64,000 bases of DNA from Ranitomeya imitator (taxonomy: Eukaryota), in contig NC_091283.1 of the NCBI RefSeq assembly GCF_032444005.1, positions 191,704,001 to 191,768,000 of the forward strand. The letters run 5' to 3'. Shown here in pieces: positions 48,398 through 59,694 of the stretch. Positions within the stretch are counted from its first letter, which is position 1, and every line of letters begins with the position of its first letter. The position numbers and the translations under genes are program-made. Below the pieces are notes generated by a model, which made no database searches, was not told the origin of the DNA, and saw only the letters and a program-made list of their open reading frames with translations.

Positions 48398-51300
48398 CTG
48401 TAAGAGATGACATGGACCAGTTAAGACCACTGCACTGTGGAACATTATACAGTTAGGGCCAGAAATATTTGGACAGTGACACAAGTTTTGTTATTTTAGC
48501 TGTTTACAAAAACATGTTCAGAAATACAATTATATATATAATATGGGCTGAAAGTGCACACTCCCAGCTGCAATATGATAGTTTCCACATCCAAATCGGA
48601 GAAAGGGTTTAGGAATCATAGTTCTGTAATGCATAGCGTCCTCTTTTTCAAGGGACCAAAAGTAATTGGACAATGGACTCTAAGGGCTGCAATTAACTCT
48701 GAAGGCGTCTCCCTCGTTAACCTGTAATCAATGAAGTAGTTAAAAGGTCAGGGGTGGATTCCAGGTGTGTGGTTTTGCATTTGGAAGCTGTTGCTGTGAG
48801 CAGACAACATGCGGTCAAAGGAACTCTCAATTGAGGTGAAGCAGAACATCCTGAGGCTGAAAAAAAAGAAAAAATCCATCAGAGAGATAGCAGACATGCT
48901 TGGAGTAGCAAAATCAACAGTTGGGTACATTCTGAGAAAAAAGGAATTGACTGGTGAGCTTGGGAACTCAAAAAGGCCTGGGCGTCCACGGATGACAACA
49001 GTGGTGGATGATCGCCGCATACTTAATTTGGTGAAGAAGAACCCGTTCACAACATCAACTGAAGTCCAGAACACTCTCAGTGAAGTAGGTGTATCTGTCT
49101 CTAAGTCAACAGTAAAGAGAAGACTCCATGACAGTAAATACAAAGGGTTCACATCTAGATGCAAACCATTCATCAATACCAAAAATAGACAGGCCAAAGT
49201 TAAATTTGCAGAAAAACACCTCAAGAAGCCAGCTCAGTTCTGGAAAAGTATTCTATGGACAGATGAGACAAAGATCAACCTGTACCAGAATGATGGGAAG
49301 AAAAAAGTTTGGAGAAGAAAGGGAACGGCACATGATCCAAGGCACACCACATCCTCTGTAAAACATGGTGGAGGCAACGTGATGGCATGGGCATGCATGG
49401 CTTTCAATGGCACTGGGTCACCTGTGTTTATTGATGACATAAGAGCAGACAAGAGTAGCCGGATGAATTCTGAAGTGTACCGGGATATACTTTCAGCCCA
49501 GATTCAGCCAAATGCTGCAAAGTTGATTGGACGGCGCTTCATAGTACAGATGGACAATGACCCCAAGCATACAGCCAAAGCTACCCAGGAGTTCATGAGT
49601 GCCAAAAAGTGGAACATTCTGCAATGGCCAAGTCAATCTCCAGATCTAAACCCAATTGAGCATGCATTTCACTTGCTCAAATCCAGACTTAAGACGGAAA
49701 GACCCACAAACAAGCAAGACCTGAAGGCTGCGGCTGTAAAGGCCTGGCAAAGCATTAAGAAGGAGGAAACCCAGCGTTTGGTGATGTCCATGGGTTCCAG
49801 ACTTAAGGCAGTGATTGCCTCCAAAGGATTTGCAACAAAATATTGAAAATAAAAATATTTTGTTTGGGTTATGTTTATTTGTCCAATTACTTTTGACCTC
49901 CTAAAATGTGGAGTGTTTGTAAAGAAATGTGTACAATTCCTACATTTTCTATCAGATATTTTTGTTCAACCCTTCAAATTAAACGTTACAATCTGCACTT
50001 GAATTCTGTTGTAGAGGTTTCATTTCAAATCCAATGTGGTGGCATGCAGAGCCCAACTCGCGAAAATTGTGTCACTGTCCAAATATTTCTGGCCCTAACT
50101 GTATACTGTTAGCTGGCTAGTAGTAGCTTAGTGTGGCTTATATATACAGTATAATCTTCCAAGGTTAGGTTAGATGGTCTTAGAAAGAACCTATCACTTG
50201 TCATATATAGAAAATGTTTTATATGGTGTAAATGCCGCTGTTCTCCTGACTCCGGCAATGTTTTTGTTTTCTTCCTGCGCTTCTCCATTCCTGAGATATG
50301 GCCCTCTCTTCCCTGTGTATTAATGTAGTCTTCTTAGCCAAGTGGGTGATGTGTTAAGAAGACTTTCACAGAGAATAGTTGAGGACCATGCCCATTTGGC
50401 TTACAATACTAAATTTATATACAAGAAAGAAGGGGCCATTCTCAGTAACAGAGAGGTTTATGTTCTTAGACTAGAAGGGGGGCCAATATCACTGGCTTTT
50501 TCCCAGGCTATTAATATCAGTCCACAGCTGTCTGTTTAGCCTTTGCTGGTTAGATGTTATAGGGGGACCCTACATACTTTTTTTCTGGGGTCCCCCTGTA
50601 AACTAACCAGTAAAGATTAAGAAAACAGCTGTAAGCTATTATTAATAGCCTGTGAACCGTTTGGGTTGTTGGCCCCTTTCCCTGATTATTAACATCAGCC
50701 CCCAGCGATCAGCTTTCCCTCTGCTGGTATGAAAATTATGAGGGAGCACACCATTTTTTAAAAAATGGTTTCTGTTAAACACGATGTACACAGCGGGTGC
50801 TGAATACAACTCCCATACTTGCCGCCTGTCACGCTCATCGCACGGAGACCAAGTGACAATGATGAGAGCTCAGGACATGGTGCCCGGGAACAGCACGAAC
50901 TGCATCGCTTTTTCCCAGGCGCCAATGCGTGTCACACTGATGACACATGAATGTCATCTTTGTGCACGTGTGCGGGATGTTTTCCGGCCTGTGGTCCCTG
51001 GAAACACATTGACGTATGCACAGACCCACTCAGCTAAAGGGGTCTATGTGGGCAAGTGTCTCCGGTACGCGTGAAAACCGTCACCACACCTACGTGTACA
51101 TGTGAAGGAGGTCTCACAGAAAGTCCACTCAAGTCTCATCAGTCACTCAGGCTGAATCTCTGTCCTTCCTACCTTCAAGATGGATTACTTTTTTACATTT
51201 TTGTTTCTAAACTTCTTCCTAGCATTCGAACTGTTTATTTTTCCATTGACAAGGCCACACCACATAGATGCTTGCTTATCATTGTTGACACAGAGAAAGC

Positions 51301-54300
51301 ACAGCAATTCTGACAATGGGGTTTGAATAGTGCATTATCTTTTTTTAGGCTTCCATAAACCTCCCTCAGCACTCTGGTATATACTGGCAATGAGTCTCCT
51401 AAAAGAACATGGCGTCAACCTCGAACTCCACCTCTGCAATGAGATATTGGGTGTATAGGAGCATTGCCCTTGCCCTCTATCTTGCCAGGGGGCGGTGCCC
51501 TCCTGAAGATTGACAGCTCGCACCTGTGGCATGTTAGAACTGTAAGCTCTCCCATGCCGCAAGCTTTGCAGGGGCACTGAACGAGGCCAAATCCACCCAT
51601 CTGGCCAAAATCAGCAGGGGCAGGGCTGCAGTCACACAAGGACCCTGGAGCTTAGGGAGGCCCAAAAAAGTCCCACATGAGAAAACAATACTATTAAAGA
51701 CCCACAATAGATGGGGGCACTGAGAGTTTGCATTTGTACCCATAAGGTTTAAAGGTACCTTAGTTATGCAACTGGCTTGCAAACCTGTGCTTCTTGTGTA
51801 GGAAACCGGCTACCGCTGATTAACTGCAGAGGTGGACGGTAAACAGCAAAATGTATACTATAGAATTAAAAATCATTTTGTTTCTGAGAACGGACAGAAT
51901 TATTAATACAAATTAAATTGCAAAACTTCTTCTTTTTATACGAAATTTGATATTTTACCCATTTAACAAGATGAGACTTACAACCATGGACGATAGCTGT
52001 CATGAAGAAACAACCCCTTTAAGGCATTACAACCATAGTCACATGGGCTGACGATAGCTGTAATGATATGAGACAACCCCTTTAAGGCTACGTGACCGTA
52101 GATCCATCTGTGTAGACGTGTAAAGTCCAGGCACACGCTGACCACAGAGTCACGGAGGGCCGGTCTGAACAGAGTCTTATTCCTTTAGGCCAAGCCTTGT
52201 GGTTGATCACTGGTATACCGTATTATCAATTTCAGATTGGAGGGGGGGGGGGGATGGGAGATTGGCCCCCGTGATTATTGCTTTATCTCAGCTCTGAAAA
52301 CCTCCAGAAACTTAAGTGTGCAGAGAATTAAAAGCTTTGCACTTTTACATTAATTAGCTTTTTGCGCAGTGTGAACATTGCATCGCCACCTTTTTAGTAT
52401 GAAGAGTTATTGCTCCGGGGACGGTCGCTAAGTCGCTGCGGGATGCACTTATAAGGTGCATTAGTGCTGGGGTTTATGAGGATTCCATTAATTCCCTCTA
52501 TATATTTGTCTCTGAGCGGAGGTGGATGTGGGCAGAGTCTCCAGCTGTCAGACCTCTTCTGCGACTTGTGACAGCAGCCCCCACCAGCAGCCACACGGTG
52601 ACCAAAGCAGACCTCGTCTGCAGTGTTAAATTTACACAGATCCCGAGTGCTTAATTCACAGGCTCGCCGTACAGAGACCCTAAAACCCCACCCAATCATC
52701 TCCGTTTTACACGGCAGTGATTATTCCTGTGCCTCTTTGTTATAATAAAGCTTATTCCGCAGTTCTGAATTATTGGATGGATGACCAACGCCAGGGCTTT
52801 CTGTTCTTAAAGGGTTATTCCCATTCCCATTTTTGTAAATAGGTATTGACGGGCAGAGCTTGTAAGTACAAGCAATTTTGCAATTTACTGCTTATTAAAA
52901 TTTGCAGCTGTTCTTGAGATATTAGCACTTTTCTTTTGTTTACAGCTAGTTGCCTTGGAGACCGACCACTGCTGCTAGACGGCAGAACATGCACAGAGCT
53001 TACAATCTCTTTTCTATTGAGCTCGTAAACACTGTTGTAAAACTGGCCCAGGTCGCTGTAAATTTGTAACCCCAGTCAGCTTTAGCACAGTGCTATCCAA
53101 TATTTCTTATCCAATCTATTTTTTTTCTAATCTCTTACAACACACTTCAAGTATATAGCACAAGCATTTATAACCAAGTACAGGGAAAAGTGGAGACCTT
53201 CCAGAAAAGTTGTCAAATCTCTTTGGTGCCTCCAAAAACTTGTGCAAAAGTTTCTGGTTTGTGATAATGGGATGCTGTCATTAGGGAGAACCACTGGTGT
53301 CCAAACGCACATTCAGAGGTGAGTATTGGGGTGTAGAGGGGGCACGGGCTGGAAGAAGGGGGAACGTTAATGTGTGTGGGGAAGTTAGGAGAGATTGCCA
53401 TCAGATGATTGACAGCTAGTGAAAGTGCTTGGTCGGCTTTACTCTAGAAAGGCTGGTATGTTCAATGCCTCCTATAGATAATTACCCAGTAAATTAGAAG
53501 AAATCTCCGAATAAGGACATCACCAGCAATTAAGGATTGCCCAGCTGAATTATTGGAAACTGCAAGATATCATACATCACATACAGCCTTAAATTTCACT
53601 ATAATGTAAATTAAAGGGTATGTGTCTGGATACTTTTTTTACTGAAACTATTGGCATGGCTATATAGGTCCTATAAAAACAAGAAAAATGATACCTGTCT
53701 TGTAGTAATCCGATGTGCCAGTGCTGAGAAATCAAGCTTTAAAGCCACATGCAAATTAGCCTGGAAGAGCACTGTGAGGACACAGACACGCCCCAATGCA
53801 CTTCTAGGTTAAATTTGCATGTGGTTTCAAAGCTTGATTTCTCAGCAGCGGTACATCGGATTACTACAAGACAGGTATCATTTTTATCGTTGTTCTAGGA
53901 CCTATATTGTCGTACCACTAGTTTCAGTAGTTAAATTGTCCTAAAAGATCCCTTCTAAGTACCCTGGAAAAGTCATGGCACCCCCAAATGTAAAGGCATC
54001 TCCTCCATATGCCCCCCCCCCCCCCCAAAGACAAGTGTATTGTGGGGATTGGATAACTTAGAAAGTGCCCTGAATTTCTAATACAATTCTAATATGTAGC
54101 AAGGATCTTAAAGGGGTTGTCCATGACCTAGGTGATCAATAAAAAGATTAGTGAGGGTCCTGGGTGTCAGACCACCACTGATTTTATATGCAGACCAGCT
54201 CCTATTATCTTCAATAAGAGCTGACCTGCAGTACACGGTAGGGGCCACTTCACAGACTACAGAGCTGTGGGGTCCTGCTCTGTTCACTGTTTACATCCAG

Positions 54301-55170
54301 CCCCGAGAAGAACGGTGGAGGGAACCAAAGGGTAGAAGTAGTGGACAAGTCCTTCGTTCATGGATGATAGAGTAGCTTTATTAAGCAATGGATAGATAAG
54401 GATGGAAAGATAGANNNNNNNNNNNNNNNNNNNNNNNNNNNNNNNNNNNNNNNNNNNNNNNNNNNNNNNNNNNNNNNNNNNNNNNNNNNNNNNNNNNNNN
54501 NNNNNNNNNNNNNNNNNNNNNNNNNNNNNNNNNNNNNNNNNNNNNNNNNNNNNNNNNNNNNNNNNNNNNNNNNNNNNNNNNNNNNNNNNNNNNNNNNNNN
54601 NNNNNNNNNNNNNNNNNNAGATAGATGATAAATAGATAATAGGTAATTAATAGATGATAGATAGATAAATGATAGATAATAGATAGATAGATGATAGATA
54701 AATAGATAATTGATAGATAATAGATAAATACATGATAGATAATATATAGATAATAGAGCTATAGATATATAGATAATAGATCTATAGATAGATGATAGAT
54801 AATAGATCTATAGATAATAGATAAATAATAGATAATAGATCTGTAGATACATAATAGATAGATGATAGATAATAATGATAGATTATACATAGATAGATAA
54901 TAGATGATAGATAGATAATAGATAAATAGATAATAGATAGATGATAGATAAATAGACAACAGATAGATATTATTCTTGTGTCAGTCCTCGGATAGACTTC
55001 ATGTTCCTATGTAATATTACAATCTTCCATACACTTCACTTCTCTCTCACCTGCACCACGTCCTGGTTGATATTTTTAGGGTCCCTCTGTACTAAGTCGA
55101 TCTCCTTGGTGAGGGTGTCAGGGAGGGTCTTGCTCTCCTTCGCAGGCTCCGGGTGCTGGATTTGGGCCAT
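48056..55170 (-). CDS. Caveolin family protein (CAV1/CAV3-like paralogue), complement(join(48056-48397,55051-55170)), 153 aa; possible upstream in-frame ATGs at 55260 and 55302
   Basis: [20 protein letters not shown]|[10 protein letters not shown] signature, scaffolding domain [20 protein letters not shown], hydrophobic hairpin, HIWAVVPC, C-terminal LRKEV. Donor CAG|gtgaga at 55051 and acceptor cttacag|GTG at 48397, at the conserved caveolin intron position. Confidence 0.93.
48450..50101 (+). mobile_element. Tc1-like DD34E transposon with intact transposase
   Basis: TA TSD; TIR CAGTTAGGGCCAGAAATATTTGGACAGTGACACAA; inner inverted pair AAAGTAATTGGACAA. Confidence 0.96.
48809..49846 (+). CDS. 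Tc1 transposase, 345 aa, uninterrupted
   Basis: [30 protein letters not shown] (D34E). Confidence 0.95.
   Translation: MRSKELSIEVKQNILRLKKKKKSIREIADMLGVAKSTVGYILRKKELTGELGNSKRPGRPRMTTVVDDRRILNLVKKNPFTTSTEVQNTLSEVGVSVSKSTVKRRLHDSKYKGFTSRCKPFINTKNRQAKVKFAEKHLKKPAQFWKSILWTDETKINLYQNDGKKKVWRRKGTAHDPRHTTSSVKHGGGNVMAWACMAFNGTGSPVFIDDIRADKSSRMNSEVYRDILSAQIQPNAAKLIGRRFIVQMDNDPKHTAKATQEFMSAKKWNILQWPSQSPDLNPIEHAFHLLKSRLKTERPTNKQDLKAAAVKAWQSIKKEETQRLVMSMGSRLKAVIASKGFATKY
53600..53960. mobile_element. Hairpin MITE (T2-like)
   Basis: Long inverted arms AATGATACCTGTCTTGTAGTAATCCGATGT / ACATCGGATTACTACAAGACAGGTATCATT. Confidence 0.65.
54390..54965 (+). repeat. (GATA)n microsatellite containing an assembly gap (54415-54618)
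   Basis: Directly visible; N run. Confidence 0.95.
55051..55170 (-). CDS. Caveolin first coding exon ([11 protein letters not shown]...[20 protein letters not shown])
   Basis: Kozak context aacATGG; phase-0 donor gtgaga. Confidence 0.9.
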
Positions 55171-55870
55171 GTTCTGTTCCTTGGTGTTTCTTACTAACTT
55201 CTTACCCTGTCGGCGTCCTGCAGCTTCTGCTGGTGAGGCTCTGCCCAGAGTGCTGCCCATGTCCAGAGGAGCCGCCCTATCCCATTTACCACTGGAGAAC
55301 ATCCCAGCACCAGGATCTGGAGCTCGCTGACTGTGACTCTGACTCTACACACATCATTGTATAGTTTTACATTGTGATTATCCAACTACATCTACGGTAC
55401 TTTTAGGAACTGTACATGGGTTGGAGAGCTAAGGGCAGGTGGCTGACTGCAGGTGTGAAGTTTTCTCATATGTACATCACTATACAGTGGCTTGAGAAAG
55501 TATTCACCCCCTTGGCTTTCTAACTATTTTGTTACATTATAACCTGTGTTTAAATATTTTTGTAATTTGATTTGTGTGTGATGCATCAGTAAAAAATAGT
55601 CTAAAGTTGGTGAAGTGAGAAAAATATAGGCATAGATTACATTTATGGGATCAAACAACTAAAAATTGGCATGTACAGTACGTATGTATTCACATCTTTT
55701 GAAGCCCCTAAAAATTTCTGGTAAAAACTATTTCCTTCATAAGTCTCATGCTTAGTGACAGGACGTCCCCCTGTGTGCAATCTAAGTGTCACATGTCTGT
55801 CAGTATATACACTTTACCTTTTCTGAAAGGCCACAGAGGCTGCAACACCATTAACAAGAGGAGCCACTAA

Positions 55871-56215
55871 CCAAACACCATGAAGACCAAGGAGATCTCC
55901 AAACACCACCGTGAAGACCAAGGAGATCTCCAAACAACACCATGAAGACCAAGAAGATCTCCAAACAACACCATGACGACCAAGGAGATCTCCAAACAAC
56001 ACCAGGAAGACCAAGAAGATCTCCAAACAACACCAGGACGACCAAGAAGATCTCCAAACAACACCATGACGACCAAGGAGATCTCCAAACAACACCACGA
56101 AGACCAAGGAGATCTCCACACAACAACATGAAGACAAAAGAGATCTCCAAACACCACCTTGAAGACCAAAGAGATCTCTAAACAACACCATGACGACCAA
56201 GGAGATCTCCAAACA
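55871..56215 (+). repeat. 31-bp minisatellite made of the transposase start region (11 copies)
   Basis: CCATGAAGACCAAGGAGATCTCCAAACAACA units; start-codon positions run from 55880 to 56190 at a 31-nt period. Confidence 0.92.
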
Positions 56216-57421
56216 AGTCAGAGACAAAGTTGTTGAGAAGTACAAGACAGGGTTCAGTTATGAAAAAATATCCCAATCTCTGAGAATCCCCTGGAGCACC
56301 ATCAAGTCCATTATCATCAAATGGAAGGAACATGGCACCACAAAAAACCTGCTAAGAGAGGGTCAGCCACCTAAACTCTCAGGCCGGGCAAGTAGGGCAT
56401 TAATCAGAGAGCACAGATACCAAAGGTAACCCTCATGGGGCTGCAGAGTTCCCAAGCAGAGACTGTAGTATCTGTCCATACGACCACAATAAGCCGTACA
56501 CTCCATAGAGGTGACCTTTATGGAAGAGTAGAAAAATGCCTTTACTTGCACACAAAAATAGTATGGCTCGTTTTGAGTTTTCCAAAAGACATGTGGGAGA
56601 CTCCTCAAATGTATGAAGGTAGGTGCTGTGGTCAGAAGACACCAAAATTGAAATTTTAGGCCACCAAGGTAAACGCTATGTCTGGCGACAAATCAACACA
56701 GCTCAGCATCACAAAACATCATACCTACAGTGAAACATGGTGGTAGCAGCATCATGCTGTGAGGATGGCTTTTGGCAGCAGGGGCAGGGAAAATAGTCAG
56801 AGTCAAAAGGAAGATGGATGGTACGAAATACAGGGATCTTCTTGAGCAAAACCTGTTTCAGTCTGTCAGTGATTTGAGACTGGGACAGAGGTTCAGCTTC
56901 CAACAAGGCAATGATCCAAAGCATACAACTAAAGCAACACTCGAGTGGTTTAAGGGGAAACATGTAAAATGTTTTGGAGTGGCCTAGTCAAAGCCCAGAC
57001 CTTTATTCAATTGAGAATCTGTGGTCAGACGGGAAGATTGCTGCTCGCCAAAGGAAATCATCTAACTTTAAGGAGCTGATGCAGTTTTGATTGAGGAATG
57101 GGCAAAAATCCTAGTGTCAAGATGTGGAAAGCTCATAGACACTTATCCAAAGTGACTTGCAGCTGAAATTACCGAAAAAGGAGCTCTAAAACGTACTGAC
57201 TTTAGGGGGTTGATGAGTTATGCACACTAACATTTTCTGTTATTTTGTTTTATTTGTTGTTTGCTTCACAATAAAAAGAAAATCAAATGTTCACAGCTGT
57301 AGGCATGTGCTCTACATGAACTGATGCAAACCCTCAAAAAACAGTGAAATTGCAGGTTGTGAGGTAGTAAAACACAAAAAAAGCTGAAGGGAAGAGGAGG
57401 TGAATATTTTTGCACTCCACT

Positions 57422-57850
57422 TGTTACAGAACCCCCCAGCACCAAGAATGTTATGCAGTATATGTATGTATAATAGTTTCCATGTGAAATGCATCAGTCC
57501 ACAGGCTGCGCCCCTGGACAAGATATTCTCTTTCTGACCTCCCCCCACCTTTGTAATTCCCACAGTAAATATCGGCAGGCTCCGGCCCCCTGCGGCTATT
57601 GTAATGTATGTCTGGCTTGTTGTTTTCCTATTGGCCTGCCCTGTGTATCTGTGTTATATATTTGTGCTGTAAGTAAAGGGTGTTCTTAGACTGGAAATAC
57701 GTGGAGAAGCAGTCAGCTTTTATATGCTCTCATGTAATCAAGAAATTCCTGCCGGCGTCCTTCATTCAGAATCTAGCAAAAGCAGCGTGGACCTCCTGAA
57801 ACCCGGGGTGGTACTGAAAGAGGTACCCCAGCTTGGTAGACCCCGTTACA
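57422..57850. mobile_element. Solo LTR (429 bp) inserted in the right TIR of the Passport-like element
   Basis: CCACT|TGTTACA...GTTACA|CCACT, 5-bp TSD. Confidence 0.82.
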
Positions 57851-58281
57851 CCACTGTACATAGATAATATTACTTCCTGAATCATCTGAGGCTTCTACTG
57901 CTTTCTACATCTCCAATGCTTTACACTGCAGCCCTGCTTGTTTATATTGACTGCTGTGTATAAGCACATACTATCAAACTTTAGAAGGAAGCCACTACAT
58001 TATGACTTTCCTATCGTATGTGGTTGGCCACGAAGTGTAAACCACCAGCCCATGATTTGACAGATGTACGAGCACCCATTGGCTTATCTCATATTTGTGC
58101 CTATTAAATGGTTTTCAATCCCTACATCATATATAAATCTGTAGTAAAATGTGGAAAATGTTAAGAAATATGAAAAATATGTGAGAAATAAAAAATATTA
58201 GAAAAAAAGTGATTTATTTTTCTGAAACAGCACCACTCTTGTCCAAATGCTCTAAAGAGCACCTGTTACTTGCCATAAATA

Positions 58282-59694
58282 CCGTATTTTTCCGACCATA
58301 AGACGCACTTTTTTTCCTCCAAATTTGGGAGGAAAGTGTGGGTGCGTCTTATGGTACGGATGTAGCATGTGGGGAGGGGGGCAGCAGTGAGTGGGATCGC
58401 ACTGTTATCCCACTTCAGGATGTCCCCGCTGCCCAGAATCAGCGCTGGAGAAACCATGTGCTCCCGATGATTAAGTGCAGTGAATATTCATTAGCGGCTC
58501 CCCGCCCACCTATCAGCTGAGCGGTGAGCCGGGAGCAGCAAATGCTTAAAGGGACTCTGTCACCTGAATTTGGCGGGACTGGTTTTGGGTCATATGGGCG
58601 GAGTTTTCTGGTGTTTGATTCACCCTTTCCTTACCCGCTGGCTGCATGCTGGGTGCAATATTGGATTGAAGTTCATTCTCTGTCCTCCATAGTACGCGCC
58701 TGCGCAAAACAATCTTGCCTTGTGCAGGCGTGTACTACGGAGGACAGAGAATGAACTTCAATCCAATATTGCAGCCAGCATGCAGCCAGTGGGTAAGGAA
58801 AGGGTGAATCAAACACCAGAAAACTCCGCCCATATGACCCAAAACCAGTCCCGCCAAATTCAGGTGACAGGTTCCCTTTAAGCAGGGACACACATGGCTT
58901 CTCCAGCGCTGATTCCTGCAGCAGCTGGGCAGGTCTGTGTGTCTGGGGGAGAGGAGGCAGCAGCAGGGGCCGGAGGAGAGAGGAGATCGCTGCATACCTG
59001 CCTGCCATGCCTGGGCTGGACACTGAGTTCTGTGCAGGAGGACCTGTGATGATGTCAGGAGTGGGCGGGCTGGAGCATCACATGGCAGCTCAGAGCCCTC
59101 CCTCTTCTTGACATCATCACAGGTCCTTCAGGCTCTCCAGTCTCCACTAGAATTTGCAGCTTCCTCATAACCTGTGCTGTGGAAAGGAAAGAGGAACTGC
59201 TCTGTGTACAGTAATGGGATGCTCCAGCTTTAACCTCACCATAGTGTGGCTGGCTGCCACATTTAAGAGGTTAGTCTTTACAAAACACAATAAAGCACTC
59301 TGCCACTCCTTTGGTGAACTATAACTCCCAGCATGTCATAGGATCTGCAGGACATGCTGGGAGTTATAGTTCTCCCATGGGATTTTAAAGCAGCACTCCA
59401 GTGTTATTTTGCAGTGCTGGAGTGGTGCTTTAAATATAAGCCCTGTGCCCCCATTCTTATACTCACCCTCCAGCATCTTCATATAGTGCTTTACAGACAC
59501 CACACTGGTCCCGCAGCTTCCAACATAATAACATACTATTATATATAATAGCACCACATATAATAGTATGTCATTTATGTTATTAAATATTTTACCACAT
59601 TTTTTACCTTCAAATATTTTTTTTCCCTATTTTCCACCTCTAAAACCTGGGTGCGCCTTATAGTCCGGTGCGTCTTATAATCCGAAAAATACGG
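58282..59694. mobile_element. Non-autonomous Tc2/pogo-like element nested in a T2 MITE
   Basis: TA|CCGTATTTTTCCGACCATAAGACGCAC...GTGCGTCTTATAATCCGAAAAATACGG|TA. Confidence 0.8.
58550..58877. mobile_element. Near-perfect hairpin T2-type MITE
   Basis: TTAA TSD; ~150-bp arms almost fully complementary. Confidence 0.88.

Larger units (their letters stand above)
55485..57856 (+). mobile_element. Degenerate Passport-like Tc1 transposon
   Basis: TA|CAGTGG...CCACTG|TA; MTTKEISKQVRDKVVEKYK...KWKEHGTT; frameshifted DDE remnants (QQGNDPKH). Confidence 0.88.

Noticed and set aside
55871-56215. CRISPR-like regular array
   Set aside because: Eukaryotic context, no unique spacers, no cas genes; it is a pure tandem repeat
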